This document shows, piece after piece, positions 44,538 through 53,950 of a DNA stretch of 64,000 nt. The notes below the pieces were generated by a model. The model was given only the letters and a program-made list of their open reading frames with translations, had not been told where the DNA came from and ran no database searches. This DNA is from Candidatus Thorarchaeota archaeon (GTDB lineage Archaea; Asgardarchaeota; Thorarchaeia; Thorarchaeales; Thorarchaeaceae): assembly GCA_048882325.1 (NCBI GenBank), contig JBHLRS010000013.1, positions 7,668 to 71,667 on the forward strand. The letters run 5' to 3'. Numbering within the stretch: the stretch's first letter is position 1; every line of letters starts with the position of its first letter. A program made the translations under genes and the position numbers.

Positions 44538-45611
44538 GTGTCAGAGGATAGATTTGCTTTCATCTCACACCCGAAATCCAGCCTACATAGGATGCCCTTT
44601 CCAAAGCCACACATTGAAGCCTTTGAAAATCCTCTAAGGACTCAGATTACAGAGAGATATCTCGACAAGGAGGGTGTGCTCGAAACAGCTATCAGAATCA
44701 AGGCACCCAGAGCAAAACTGAATGACATACGTTTGGTTCATTCAGCGTATCTAGTCGAAACTGTCGAGATGATGTCAGAGATTGGCAATGGCCAACTTGG
44801 GGAGTCGTCGTATGCAAGTCCGGATCTTCTCAGAACTGCCCTCCTCTCAGTTGGAGGTGCATTGAAAGGTGCTGAGATGGTTGTTTCTGGAGAAGTCAAA
44901 CATGCATTCTCCTTGATGAGACCTCCAGGACATCATGCTACTTCCTCGAATCCAATGGGATTGTGCTATTTCAACAATGTAGCAATTGCAACTCGAAAAA
45001 TAATGGAGCACGATGATGTTAGCAAGGTTTCAATCATTGATTTTGATGATCATCATGGAAATGGCACTTCAGAAATATTCTACGAGGATAGAAATGTACA
45101 GATGATTTCTGTTCATGAGTATGACTATGAGAACTTTGGTCTGGGAAATTTTCAGGAACTTGGCTTTAGCGATGCAAAGGGAACGAATATCAACATACCT
45201 CTACTGGAAACCTCACCGAATGTTTCATATGAAACAGCTATTGATAGAGTGATAGAACCTGCACTCAAGAGATTCAAACCAGATGTCATAATGGTTTCCG
45301 CAGGTTATGATGCTCATTATGCAGACCCTGTGGGAAACATGGATGCAGATTCAGAGATTTTCTGGCGTTTCGGTGAGTTCATTCGAGAGATGGTAGATGC
45401 CACGAAGGCAATGGGATCAGTATGGGTTCTTGAAGGGGGATACAATCCGTTTGCATTGAGTTATTCTGTCAGAGCAAGCCTTGAGGGGCTATTAGGAAAT
45501 ACTCTTCCAGAACTTGATGACCAGATAGAGAGGGAAGTGTATCAGCAAATAATTGATGCAAATGATGAAATTGTGGACAAGGTTCTGGACACTTTAGAGC
45601 CTCACTGGTAA
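44538..45611 (+). CDS. Histone deacetylase-family enzyme (HDAC/acetoin utilisation/acetylpolyamine amidohydrolase)
   Basis: RPPGHHA, IIDFDDHHGNGT and SAGYDAH motifs. Confidence 0.9.
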   Translation: MSEDRFAFISHPKSSLHRMPFPKPHIEAFENPLRTQITERYLDKEGVLETAIRIKAPRAKLNDIRLVHSAYLVETVEMMSEIGNGQLGESSYASPDLLRTALLSVGGALKGAEMVVSGEVKHAFSLMRPPGHHATSSNPMGLCYFNNVAIATRKIMEHDDVSKVSIIDFDDHHGNGTSEIFYEDRNVQMISVHEYDYENFGLGNFQELGFSDAKGTNINIPLLETSPNVSYETAIDRVIEPALKRFKPDVIMVSAGYDAHYADPVGNMDADSEIFWRFGEFIREMVDATKAMGSVWVLEGGYNPFALSYSVRASLEGLLGNTLPELDDQIEREVYQQIIDANDEIVDKVLDTLEPHW

Positions 45612-45703
45612 GGTGGTAACTCATTATTCGGGGTGGTGGCATGAACAAGATTTTAAGGCCACCCGAGTTGCAGGCGCACAATCAGTCATGGTGGAACTGA
45701 AAA

Positions 45704-46000
45704 TTGGGTAAGAAAAGAAAATCTGGTGGCAGAAGCAAAGGCAGTTCAGGCAAGAGCGGAACTGTTCAATGCTCGAAATGCGGACGCATTGTGCCAGCTG
45801 ACAAGGCAAAGAAATACACGAAGAGAGTATCAGCTGTTGATCCTCAGCTTGCAAGAGAGCTTAGGCAGCAGGGTAGCTTTATCCAGACCAGAAAAGTGAC
45901 TTCATACTATTGTGTGAGCTGTGCAGTCCACGCTGGAAGGGTCCAGATAAGACAAGCTACAGAGAGAAAGACCGTACCCGGTCGTCAGCGTCGATATTAA
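45704..46000 (+). CDS. rps26e: Ribosomal protein eS26
   Basis: (TTG)GKKRKSGGRSKG...VQCSKCGRIVPADKA...YYCVSCAVHAGRV matches the eS26 zinc-binding layout (C-x2-C ... C-x2-C). Confidence 0.85.
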   Translation: MGKKRKSGGRSKGSSGKSGTVQCSKCGRIVPADKAKKYTKRVSAVDPQLARELRQQGSFIQTRKVTSYYCVSCAVHAGRVQIRQATERKTVPGRQRRY

Positions 46001-46087
46001 ACTCATCATGAACGCTCTTCATGGCAAACCAACTGACTCATTCGACGAGTAGCATTATAGCTGGTATGCCAAATGCCAGAGTCCACC

Positions 46088-46660
46088 ATGCTCAGATTCG
46101 TGCAGATTTTGCCGCATGTTTCCCCAGAAGGGGACTTTCTTTTGAGAGACCTACCGGGATCTGGCAAACGGATAGACGTGCTCTGTCGTGACCTCGAAGC
46201 TTGTTTTGATTGGGGACCAGTCACTTGGTCCACATCACATCTCGAAGTAATTGCCATAATAGGGAATCGTAGAATTCTAACATTTCATTATCCTAAGAGC
46301 AAACTCCCAACTGGAGAGTTCGAGTGGGCAGATCTAATTCGAGCCTCGTTGCAAGGACACCCTCCTGATTTCATTGATGTGTCTGATGGATCATTGGAGG
46401 ACCTCATCAAGATGCTTTTGGACACAACATCAACCTCACTGTGGGTTCTTGATGAAGAAGGAATCAATCTATCCGAAACTTTGATTCATCCAAATTCTCA
46501 GAACAGTTTTATGCTTGGCGACCATAGAGGATTTGATTCTCAAACAGAGAAGGTCATTTCTCAGTACAACATACCAACAATATCACTTGGGGGGAAGAGT
46601 TATCTTAGCAGTCATTGTTTAGCTGCAATAATCTCGGAGTTAGAAAGGATGGTCAGCTAA
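46088..46660 (+). CDS. trmY: tRNA (pseudouridine54-N1)-methyltransferase TrmY (SPOUT)
   Basis: LRDLPGSGKRIDVLCRDL and FMLGDHRGF...ISLGGKSYLSSHCLAAII parallel M. jannaschii TrmY (LKDLPGSCGRLDLLCRCV; FIIGDHIG...ISLSPLELHANHCITII). The track start 46073 was trimmed to ATG 46088. Confidence 0.8.
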   Translation: MLRFVQILPHVSPEGDFLLRDLPGSGKRIDVLCRDLEACFDWGPVTWSTSHLEVIAIIGNRRILTFHYPKSKLPTGEFEWADLIRASLQGHPPDFIDVSDGSLEDLIKMLLDTTSTSLWVLDEEGINLSETLIHPNSQNSFMLGDHRGFDSQTEKVISQYNIPTISLGGKSYLSSHCLAAIISELERMVS

Positions 46661-47001
46661 TGCCAGACGACGACCAAAAACCCAAAGCCATGACAAGACT
46701 TGTGAATAAACTGACCAAAGAGATGCTTTGGATGTACATTCTTCGTTTATTGCAAGAACGCCCTCACTACGGATATGAGATTAAGGAACTGATAACCGAA
46801 CGATTTGGGTTCTCTCCAGCAACTGTTAGCGGATATGCGATAATCTATCGCTTGACAAAGGACGGTCTTATTGAGGCGCAGAGGAAGGACGATTCTCCAA
46901 GGAAATACTATGCAATAACAGAGAAGGGCAGTAGGGCAATGACTGAGGCAAAGGCATTCCTCAGAAAAACAGTGGATATGGTGTTTGACCAGACGGACTA
47001 G
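46660..47001 (+). CDS. PadR-family transcriptional regulator
   Basis: MLWMYILRLLQERPHYGYEIKELITERFGFSPATVSGYAIIYRLTKDGLIE. The ATG overlaps the trmY TAA by 1 nt (TAATG). Confidence 0.85.
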   Translation: MPDDDQKPKAMTRLVNKLTKEMLWMYILRLLQERPHYGYEIKELITERFGFSPATVSGYAIIYRLTKDGLIEAQRKDDSPRKYYAITEKGSRAMTEAKAFLRKTVDMVFDQTD

Positions 47002-47876
47002 CGTGTGTCAACGGAACTAGATATCAGGTTAGATCTTCGTGAGACCTCATTTTCGTCTATTTGGAACTCCAATGCTTTGTTTTCAACCTTCAGACTAGCA
47101 ATAGAGGATGCATAAGCACCACTGACAATGTTTGGTTTTCCAGCTATTGATTGTGCTGCGAAAGCAGCTAGGTACACGTCTCCAGCCCCATTTGCATCAA
47201 CTTCCTCCGTATCATAGGCAGGTATTGTACTGAAGTCCGCGCCATCATAGATTAGGCTACCTTCCTTACCTAGTGTTATGACGCAGGTTTCAGAAGCCAA
47301 CTCCACGAGAAGTTCAGCAGCCAGGTAGGGATCTGATTCACCAGTTATCAACTCAGCTTCGAGTTGATTTGGTTTTATCACATCAAGATAACTCTGAGTC
47401 TTCTCGGTCACACTGAACTCACGGATAACCTCTAACCGACCTGCTGAATTCAATCCACGGAGTTGAGGATCGAGAAAGACAAGGGCATCGGTAGAACTAC
47501 ATATCCATTCTACAAACTCAGCAGTGATTTCTTGAAGGGAGGGACTTAGCAATACTGCCTGTGTTTGAAGAAACTCATCAGGTACTTCCCGTATAGAGAT
47601 TTTGGCTGGAAATCCGACGACACTCGTTCTTCGATTGACCGATGGGTTTTGAAATTCGACTGCTCTAACGCGGTCACTGTTGATAAGAAAGTACTCAGGA
47701 ATATCGAGTGCGTCAACACCACTGATGAATTCATTCGCTTTGGTCTGATCCACAGAGCTGAGTACTGCCAACTGTTCGATACCAATCTTGGCTGCTGTCG
47801 CAGCGGCATAGACACTTGGCCCAGCAAGTCGATTGCTATGGAATACTGGATTACCAATGACAACAATGTCATACAT
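46998..47876 (-). CDS. PfkB-family carbohydrate/nucleoside kinase
   Basis: N-terminal VVIGNPV and C-terminal DANGAGDVYLAAF (PfkB signature 2). Confidence 0.8.
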   Translation of the reverse strand: MYDIVVIGNPVFHSNRLAGPSVYAAATAAKIGIEQLAVLSSVDQTKANEFISGVDALDIPEYFLINSDRVRAVEFQNPSVNRRTSVVGFPAKISIREVPDEFLQTQAVLLSPSLQEITAEFVEWICSSTDALVFLDPQLRGLNSAGRLEVIREFSVTEKTQSYLDVIKPNQLEAELITGESDPYLAAELLVELASETCVITLGKEGSLIYDGADFSTIPAYDTEEVDANGAGDVYLAAFAAQSIAGKPNIVSGAYASSIASLKVENKALEFQIDENEVSRRSNLISSSVDTR

Positions 47877-48618
47877 CTAGCGAGTCACCCTTCTCTGTGG
47901 CGAGAATCATCTTCTTTGCATAGTGGAGTCTCTGGACCACTGTAATATGAGAAAGGATACCCACAATGACAATGCAAAGTGTGAGAATGTTAGTAATGTC
48001 CAAGAATACAAAGAAGTCGAGTAATGCAGGAACAGGGGTCAGAAGATTGACCCAGATATTTGTTGGAGGGAGAGCTAGCAAGAGGATTCCTGCTATTTGA
48101 AGAATCAGTTTTTCTTGCCTTTCAGCAATTCCTACAGTACAACTTTCCATTCCGCCGACAGATTCAGCTTTTGCACGAGCAAAACTAGCCATAATCATTC
48201 CAAAGAGTGTAAAAAAGCCCCAAAACCATGGGACGAAGGTTGTGAACACTTCAGTTCCAGAACTATATGGCCACCACGGTATCATTACTGCGTTAATAGG
48301 ACCCATTATGAGACCGACCATGAAGAGGTACTCTGCATATCTATCTAGAGTGTGGTCAAAGGTTGCGCCAAACTTTGTTGCCAAGCCTGCAGCTCGAGCA
48401 ACAGCACCGTCAAACATATCCATGACTACCGTGAGAATCATAACTAACAAACCAATGATGAGATTTCCCATCGCAAAGAAATAAGCACTCACAAATGCAA
48501 CTAGAACTGTCAATCCGGTTATGATGTTAGGCGTGATACCAGTTCGAGCCAGTGCTTTTCCAACTGGCATCATAGCTTTCTGATATCTTTCTCTTAGAGA
48601 TCCGAGCATTTTCTTCAC
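47869..48618 (-). CDS. CDP-alcohol phosphatidyltransferase (archaetidylinositol-phosphate synthase-like)
   Basis: DMFDGAVARAAGLATKFGATFDHTLD equals D-x2-DG-x2-AR-x8-G-x3-D-x3-D. Polytopic. Overlaps the PfkB gene start by 8 nt. Confidence 0.85.
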   Translation of the reverse strand: MKKMLGSLRERYQKAMMPVGKALARTGITPNIITGLTVLVAFVSAYFFAMGNLIIGLLVMILTVVMDMFDGAVARAAGLATKFGATFDHTLDRYAEYLFMVGLIMGPINAVMIPWWPYSSGTEVFTTFVPWFWGFFTLFGMIMASFARAKAESVGGMESCTVGIAERQEKLILQIAGILLLALPPTNIWVNLLTPVPALLDFFVFLDITNILTLCIVIVGILSHITVVQRLHYAKKMILATEKGDSLDV

Positions 48619-48683
48619 AAATCCGGTACTGTTGGGTCGGCTTCGCCGACTTGTATCGCGTTAATAAACGTGTTGTGAGGATT

Positions 48684-50351
48684 TCACAACACACTCATGA
48701 CGCGTTTCAAGACCCATTCATTTCCTAGAAGATTGAGAAAGCCACCAAGTCTAGGACCCGATTTTCTAGATATCAGGATTCTATAGAGAACAACAAAAGC
48801 CCGCTTGTCTTTCAGACCAACTTCTCTTGCAGTTTCGAATACCTTCCCCTGTAGCTCCTCGTCATCAAGAGGGTCCCCTTTCAGTACATCGACGAATTGC
48901 CGGAGGAAATCTCTATCTGCATCGGTAAGAGTATCAATGATTTCCTTGGGAACAGAGTCAGGAACTGCAACTCGGTCTCGTTCACTACCAAATTCCTCGG
49001 CCCAGTTCAAAGCTCTCGTGAGCCTTGTTGGAATCAACGATTTGGCGAGGGGGGGAATCGCGGAAAGATTGTATTGTTTTTTCAAGACGTCATAACATCT
49101 TTGTAGGATTGCTTCTTCACTCAGAATTTCTTGAAGTTGTGAGGTTATAACAGCGAATTTGAAAGGCAATTTTGGAATATACTCTTCACTGAGTGTGCGT
49201 ACTTCAGTGAGAGGATATAGGATCTTAGCTAATTCCTGCTTCTCACTATCTACATCATCTAATCCATAATACTCTCGCTCAAACGATTCGTAGATGTCAA
49301 CTAAATCAGGAATGAGATCGGTTTGAACATTGTTTGCCTTTTCTGGATCAGTCCTTAGAATCATATACCTGAATAATTCTGCGGGAGCAATATTCAACCA
49401 CTCCCTTGGTGTGAAAACATATCCTCTGGAAGTCCCCATATCTCGCCCACCAAGACGAACCCATTCAAATGGAACTTTGACAGGACCTGCCCAACCGAAC
49501 ACCCGTCGAGACATCTCAAGACCAGTATCATAAGACCCGCCCTTAACAGCATGGTCCTTCCCGGCTGGCTCACAGGTCGTCTTCATGACGTACCATTTCG
49601 CAGGCCAGTCAACTCTCCATGACAACTTCAACCTGATTTTGTCGAGTTTCACTGTCGCTGAATGTCCGCAGTGTGCACATTTGTAAGAAACCTCATCACT
49701 CTCCGGATTGTATGATGTTACTCGATTGGGTACTATTGATCCCTTACCACCACTCTGTAATCTTCCACACTCTGGACAAACAACTGTGGCAGGATACCAG
49801 GTCTTCATCGATTCGATATATTCTGCCTTCTGTTTCTCATCAAAGTCGCGAGCGACATACTCAATCAGTATCTCTCTGATAGTTTCGGTATGGTTTAGAC
49901 ATATACGAACAGCCTCAAGCATCTCTTTTGTTTCGTAGAGCTTTGTTTGTGATACAACCTCTGGATCTACTCCAAACTCAGGAAACGTTTCCACTAATTC
50001 ATTCGTCCAATGTGCAGCCAAGCTCTCACAGCAACCGTTCGGATCGGGAGCATCTGAGTAGGGAACCCCCATATACTCGTCTGGAGAGAGCGTCAAACTT
50101 GGTGGGAAAGCACGGATTGGATCAAAATCATCTGCAATGAAGACGGTCTTTGCTATTTTACCTATTTTCTGGAGCTCCCGTTTGATGACATCTGCAATTA
50201 TGACCTCCTTCATGAAGCCAGCATGAACACTGCCACTCATGCTTTTTCCAGTCACAATTAGATACTGATCGGGATTGCGTTCCAGCACTTCACTGACAAT
50301 ATCTTGAATCCAGTGAATAGAGAATTCATCTTGTGATTCATCAGACGACAT
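48684..50351 (-). CDS. lysS: Class I lysyl-tRNA synthetase homolog with atypical signature motifs
   Basis: Collinear with archaeal LysRS-I: FIADDFDPIR, GCCESLAAHW, WYPATVVCPECG...YKCAHCGH, SWRVDWPAKW, GKDHAVKGGSYDTG, PAELFRYMIL. However, the HIGH region reads SVHAGF and the KMSKS region reads DMGTS. Confidence 0.75.
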   Translation of the reverse strand: MSSDESQDEFSIHWIQDIVSEVLERNPDQYLIVTGKSMSGSVHAGFMKEVIIADVIKRELQKIGKIAKTVFIADDFDPIRAFPPSLTLSPDEYMGVPYSDAPDPNGCCESLAAHWTNELVETFPEFGVDPEVVSQTKLYETKEMLEAVRICLNHTETIREILIEYVARDFDEKQKAEYIESMKTWYPATVVCPECGRLQSGGKGSIVPNRVTSYNPESDEVSYKCAHCGHSATVKLDKIRLKLSWRVDWPAKWYVMKTTCEPAGKDHAVKGGSYDTGLEMSRRVFGWAGPVKVPFEWVRLGGRDMGTSRGYVFTPREWLNIAPAELFRYMILRTDPEKANNVQTDLIPDLVDIYESFEREYYGLDDVDSEKQELAKILYPLTEVRTLSEEYIPKLPFKFAVITSQLQEILSEEAILQRCYDVLKKQYNLSAIPPLAKSLIPTRLTRALNWAEEFGSERDRVAVPDSVPKEIIDTLTDADRDFLRQFVDVLKGDPLDDEELQGKVFETAREVGLKDKRAFVVLYRILISRKSGPRLGGFLNLLGNEWVLKRVMSVL

Positions 50352-50400
50352 CTATCTCTCCTCGGATAACCCCCAAGTTCGAGCTTAAAGAACATTATCA

Positions 50401-52254
50401 TCAAGAGGAGAATTCTGAGACTATCAGGTCAGTTCTTGTGGCAAAGAATATGTATGTCGGAATGGATGCCAAGAGAATCACTCCGATCATTGTCACCATG
50501 ACTGCGACAATTGACAATGGAAGATATGCCAATGATGGAACAGCGGCCTCAGGTATTAACATATAGATACTAAGAAGTGTGCTGACAATGAGTGCAGGAA
50601 TTCCAGCTCTCAGTCCAACTTCTAGGCCTTCTGCAATCATCACCTTAGCAATGAAAGATGGTTTTGCTCCTACTGACCGCATGATTATGTAATCTCGAAG
50701 ACGACCGAACACTGAAACTAGTAGATAGTTCATTAGACTCAGGAACGCGCTAAGTAGAGTAACAAGAGCAAGTGGATTCAAGAGTGCCCAGATGGCATCA
50801 ATTGTTTCCAGATTTCCTTCTAGTACATCCTGTTGTCTGAAGATACCAAATCCATAACTCTCAGCAAGAATCTCAATTTCACTAATGAGTGAGTCATCAT
50901 AATCTTCAAGCTGAACCAAGACCAAGTTGGTCCCTGAAACCCCAAATGAATTCTGCAGCTCTGAAAGCTCCATCAGGGCCATCATACCACCATTTAGAAT
51001 GTCAAAAGCCTGTGCTTTGATTTCGAGTGTATTTCCTTGTACCTCAAGGTTTTGTATGAGAGGATCTTCGAAGAGGTCACTAGCCATCTTTCCCCCAATC
51101 CATACCTGTTCTGTGTTCTCAGGAATACGACCTTCATAATACCAATCAGAGATTGATGAATCCCAATTGATACCAACTAGTACCGCATTTGATGTTCGGT
51201 CTTCTCCAACAATCTCATACTGCTCCAGCTCTTCATTCCAGACAGTAACTCGTTTCGCTTCAATTTCAGAATAGACCACAAGACGTTGTTCAACAGCGTA
51301 CACACCTAAAATATCTCCCAGGTCTGTTGTTAATGCACTGGGTATCATATCTGAACTGCTAAGATAGTTGAAACTGTTGTCAAGAGGAGAACCATAGAGC
51401 GAGTATGAGTCGTAGTAGGAATCAAGAAGGTCAGGATTCCCAACTGCGACAATGTTTTCTCCCATTGAACGTGTCACGTATGAACTTGAGGTTGTGTGAA
51501 CCACTCCACCACCAATCCAGAGAATAGAAGCAATCGTAAAACTCAGGAAAAGAGACAGTACCGTCCGCCTTGTACCTTTCAATCTTCTTCCTGTTCCTTT
51601 TGTGGCAATACGGAAAGAAAGGCCAAAACTATCAAGAAATCCTGAAACACGGACCTTTGTCCCGACATCGGGGTTCAGAGCGAGGGAGGGAGACTCTTGA
51701 ACTGTGTCATAGATTGGCTTTTGAGCTGAAAAGTACCCGGCGATAACAAGGACCACGGCTAAAACTGACAATTGAATAATTGGAAAGGAATTGGTCAGTT
51801 GAATATTGGGAATGAAACCACTTAGCCAAATTATTCCAGCTATGTACAGAATTGTACCGAACGACAGTCCAAGTACAATACTTGCCAACAGCATTATCAC
51901 TGATTGAGCCATAAAGAAATCAAAGATCGTGTCTAGGAGTGTTCCTATTGATTTCATCAAACCAATATCGCGACGCCTAGTCACCATCTCCAACGAGATT
52001 GTCGTGGACACCACTGCCGCACCCAGAACAAAAACAAGGAGTAGGATTGTCCAAACAAAGGTCGAGAAGAAAGTTCCGAAAGATGAAGACAGAGCACTTG
52101 CTACTGAGAAAGTAGATACGTCAAGTAGTACATTCCCAAATAGAAACACAAACGTGGTCGCCGTGACTACACTCGTTAATGAGATGAGAGTGAGAGTTGT
52201 CCGAAATGGACGTCGTTTCAGATCTCGTGAGGCAAAAATCTGATGTTCAGACAT
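50401..52254 (-). CDS. MacB/FtsX-type ABC permease (two 4-TM FtsX domains flanking a large extracytoplasmic domain)
   Basis: 617 aa with FtsX cores (MKSIGTLLDTIFDFFMAQS; MRSVGAKPSFIAKVMIAEG). 8-nt overlap with the upstream ATPase gene. Confidence 0.85.
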   Translation of the reverse strand: MSEHQIFASRDLKRRPFRTTLTLISLTSVVTATTFVFLFGNVLLDVSTFSVASALSSSFGTFFSTFVWTILLLVFVLGAAVVSTTISLEMVTRRRDIGLMKSIGTLLDTIFDFFMAQSVIMLLASIVLGLSFGTILYIAGIIWLSGFIPNIQLTNSFPIIQLSVLAVVLVIAGYFSAQKPIYDTVQESPSLALNPDVGTKVRVSGFLDSFGLSFRIATKGTGRRLKGTRRTVLSLFLSFTIASILWIGGGVVHTTSSSYVTRSMGENIVAVGNPDLLDSYYDSYSLYGSPLDNSFNYLSSSDMIPSALTTDLGDILGVYAVEQRLVVYSEIEAKRVTVWNEELEQYEIVGEDRTSNAVLVGINWDSSISDWYYEGRIPENTEQVWIGGKMASDLFEDPLIQNLEVQGNTLEIKAQAFDILNGGMMALMELSELQNSFGVSGTNLVLVQLEDYDDSLISEIEILAESYGFGIFRQQDVLEGNLETIDAIWALLNPLALVTLLSAFLSLMNYLLVSVFGRLRDYIIMRSVGAKPSFIAKVMIAEGLEVGLRAGIPALIVSTLLSIYMLIPEAAVPSLAYLPLSIVAVMVTMIGVILLASIPTYIFFATRTDLIVSEFSS

Positions 52255-53062
52255 TACGGGTTAGCTCTCCTAGCTCCATCTTATATTGGTGGACATTCGA
52301 TTGATTGATTATTCCCTCGTCATGAGTCATAACAATCACAGCCTTTCCTTGTTTGTTCAAATCACGAAGCAGGTCTCGAATCATTTGTCCACTTTCACCA
52401 TCAAGATTGGCTGTGGGCTCATCTGCGAGAATGATAGGAGGATCATTAGCCATAGCGCGTGCTATCGCGATTCGTTGTTGTTCGCCAGAACTGAGCTGCC
52501 ACGGAAGATGGTCAGCACGATCCTCCAACTCAACTCTCTCGAGAAGCTTCATTGCCTCTTCTCGTAACAGTGAATGACTCCGCTCATAAAGCTGCATAGG
52601 AAACATCACATTCTCAACAGCAGTTAAGGTGGAAACTAGATTATAGCTCTGAAAGATGAAGCCTGTGTTGTTGAGTCTGAAGGATGCACGAAATGATTCA
52701 TCATAGTCATTGATGGGAACATCCATGACAAACACCCGACCATTTGTTGGGAGATCTATTGCTCCGATGATATTCAGGAGAGTTGTCTTTCCAGATCCTG
52801 ACCTTCCCGAGATTACGACAAAATCACCGGCATCGATAATAAGATTGACATCACGCACAGCCCCAATTGTCGTTTTCCCCAATGAGAAGGCTCTCGAAAC
52901 ATTCTGAAGGTCCACTGCGTGACGGACTTCTTCAAGATCTTCTGCATCCAAATCGTCCCGAGTATAGTCGACCGCATCTAGATAATCGTCATCAGCCATT
53001 ACTTGCCACCTTGATAGGTGGCGAATGACTCTCAACCCAAGATAAGCGTAAGGGTTGAACAA
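52247..53062 (-). CDS. ABC transporter ATP-binding protein (MacB-type) with acidic N-terminal extension
   Basis: GRSGSGKTT, LSSGEQQRIAIARA, ILADEPTANLD and MTHD. The track start is TTG 53062; ATG 52999 (MADDDYLD) is possible. Confidence 0.9.
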   Translation of the reverse strand: MFNPYAYLGLRVIRHLSRWQVMADDDYLDAVDYTRDDLDAEDLEEVRHAVDLQNVSRAFSLGKTTIGAVRDVNLIIDAGDFVVISGRSGSGKTTLLNIIGAIDLPTNGRVFVMDVPINDYDESFRASFRLNNTGFIFQSYNLVSTLTAVENVMFPMQLYERSHSLLREEAMKLLERVELEDRADHLPWQLSSGEQQRIAIARAMANDPPIILADEPTANLDGESGQMIRDLLRDLNKQGKAVIVMTHDEGIINQSNVHQYKMELGELTRNV

Positions 53063-53878
53063 CTAATGTACCAAAATGGCCTGAACATCAAGCGCTGAAC
53101 GGGCCCAGTCTGTGAGTAGTACAGGTTTCTCTCTACCAAACACCTTCACTGATCGAAGAATATCCGCATCAAGAAGACTACTGATATAGTAGGAGATTAG
53201 GCTCTTATCCACATCTAGTGTTCTACTTATCACGGCTTGAGTTGTCTGACCATTAGATGCACATTCACTGAGGATTGATCCCACAGTGGGATTACGCGCC
53301 ATGGCTGTAAGAAGCATCACCTTTTCATCAGAGGAGTAGTCAGGTGTGAATAAGTGTCGAACATTGCCATTCCTGAGTGATACAACCTGTCCATCCTCTT
53401 CGAGCGCACGAAGATGGTACTGGAGTGCGCCCATGGCACATCCAATAATTCGATGAAGTTCGCGAAGGTGAATACCAGGATTAGCTGATACCTCTCCGAG
53501 GATTCGATCACGAAGTTTCTGAAGTCGACGGTCTTCTCTCCTGTCAATTGAGACAGTTCCAATCGCAAGAACGAGAAATCCTAAATCAAGTGCAGTGAAA
53601 AGCGAATTAGACCAGGCTATGTTAGTGCCTCCAGAGTTCCAAGTAAATACCTTAGCATCAATAGAGAGGTTTTCAATAATAGTAGATTTCCCAATACAGA
53701 ACGACAGTGCCTCAAATTGTGCGAGGTTATCATTTGCACTCAGTGTGGGAGACAAGTCCTGAGCCAATGGCTCTACACCACCAAAACCCGCTCCAGATAG
53801 AACTACACCTAGAACGCCCCATGAGAGGAGGGCAAGTGAGAATCCAACTAGGATATGTTTGGTGAACCGTCTATTCAT
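53063..53878 (-). CDS. Membrane-anchored double winged-helix transcriptional regulator (COG3398-like)
   Basis: Two TM segments (ILVGFSLALLSWGVLGVVL; ALDLGFLVLAIGTV), then ILGEVSANPGIHLRELHRIIGCAMGALQYHLRALEEDGQVV and a second wHTH (GQTTQAVISRTLDVDKSLISYYISSLLDADIL). Confidence 0.75.
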   Translation of the reverse strand: MNRRFTKHILVGFSLALLSWGVLGVVLSGAGFGGVEPLAQDLSPTLSANDNLAQFEALSFCIGKSTIIENLSIDAKVFTWNSGGTNIAWSNSLFTALDLGFLVLAIGTVSIDRREDRRLQKLRDRILGEVSANPGIHLRELHRIIGCAMGALQYHLRALEEDGQVVSLRNGNVRHLFTPDYSSDEKVMLLTAMARNPTVGSILSECASNGQTTQAVISRTLDVDKSLISYYISSLLDADILRSVKVFGREKPVLLTDWARSALDVQAILVH

Positions 53879-53950
53879 GTCCTAACTTCCATCAGCAAAT
53901 CCTAATAGCATTTTGCAGTTAAAAACTACGTTTGTTGAAATTTCGCACTA

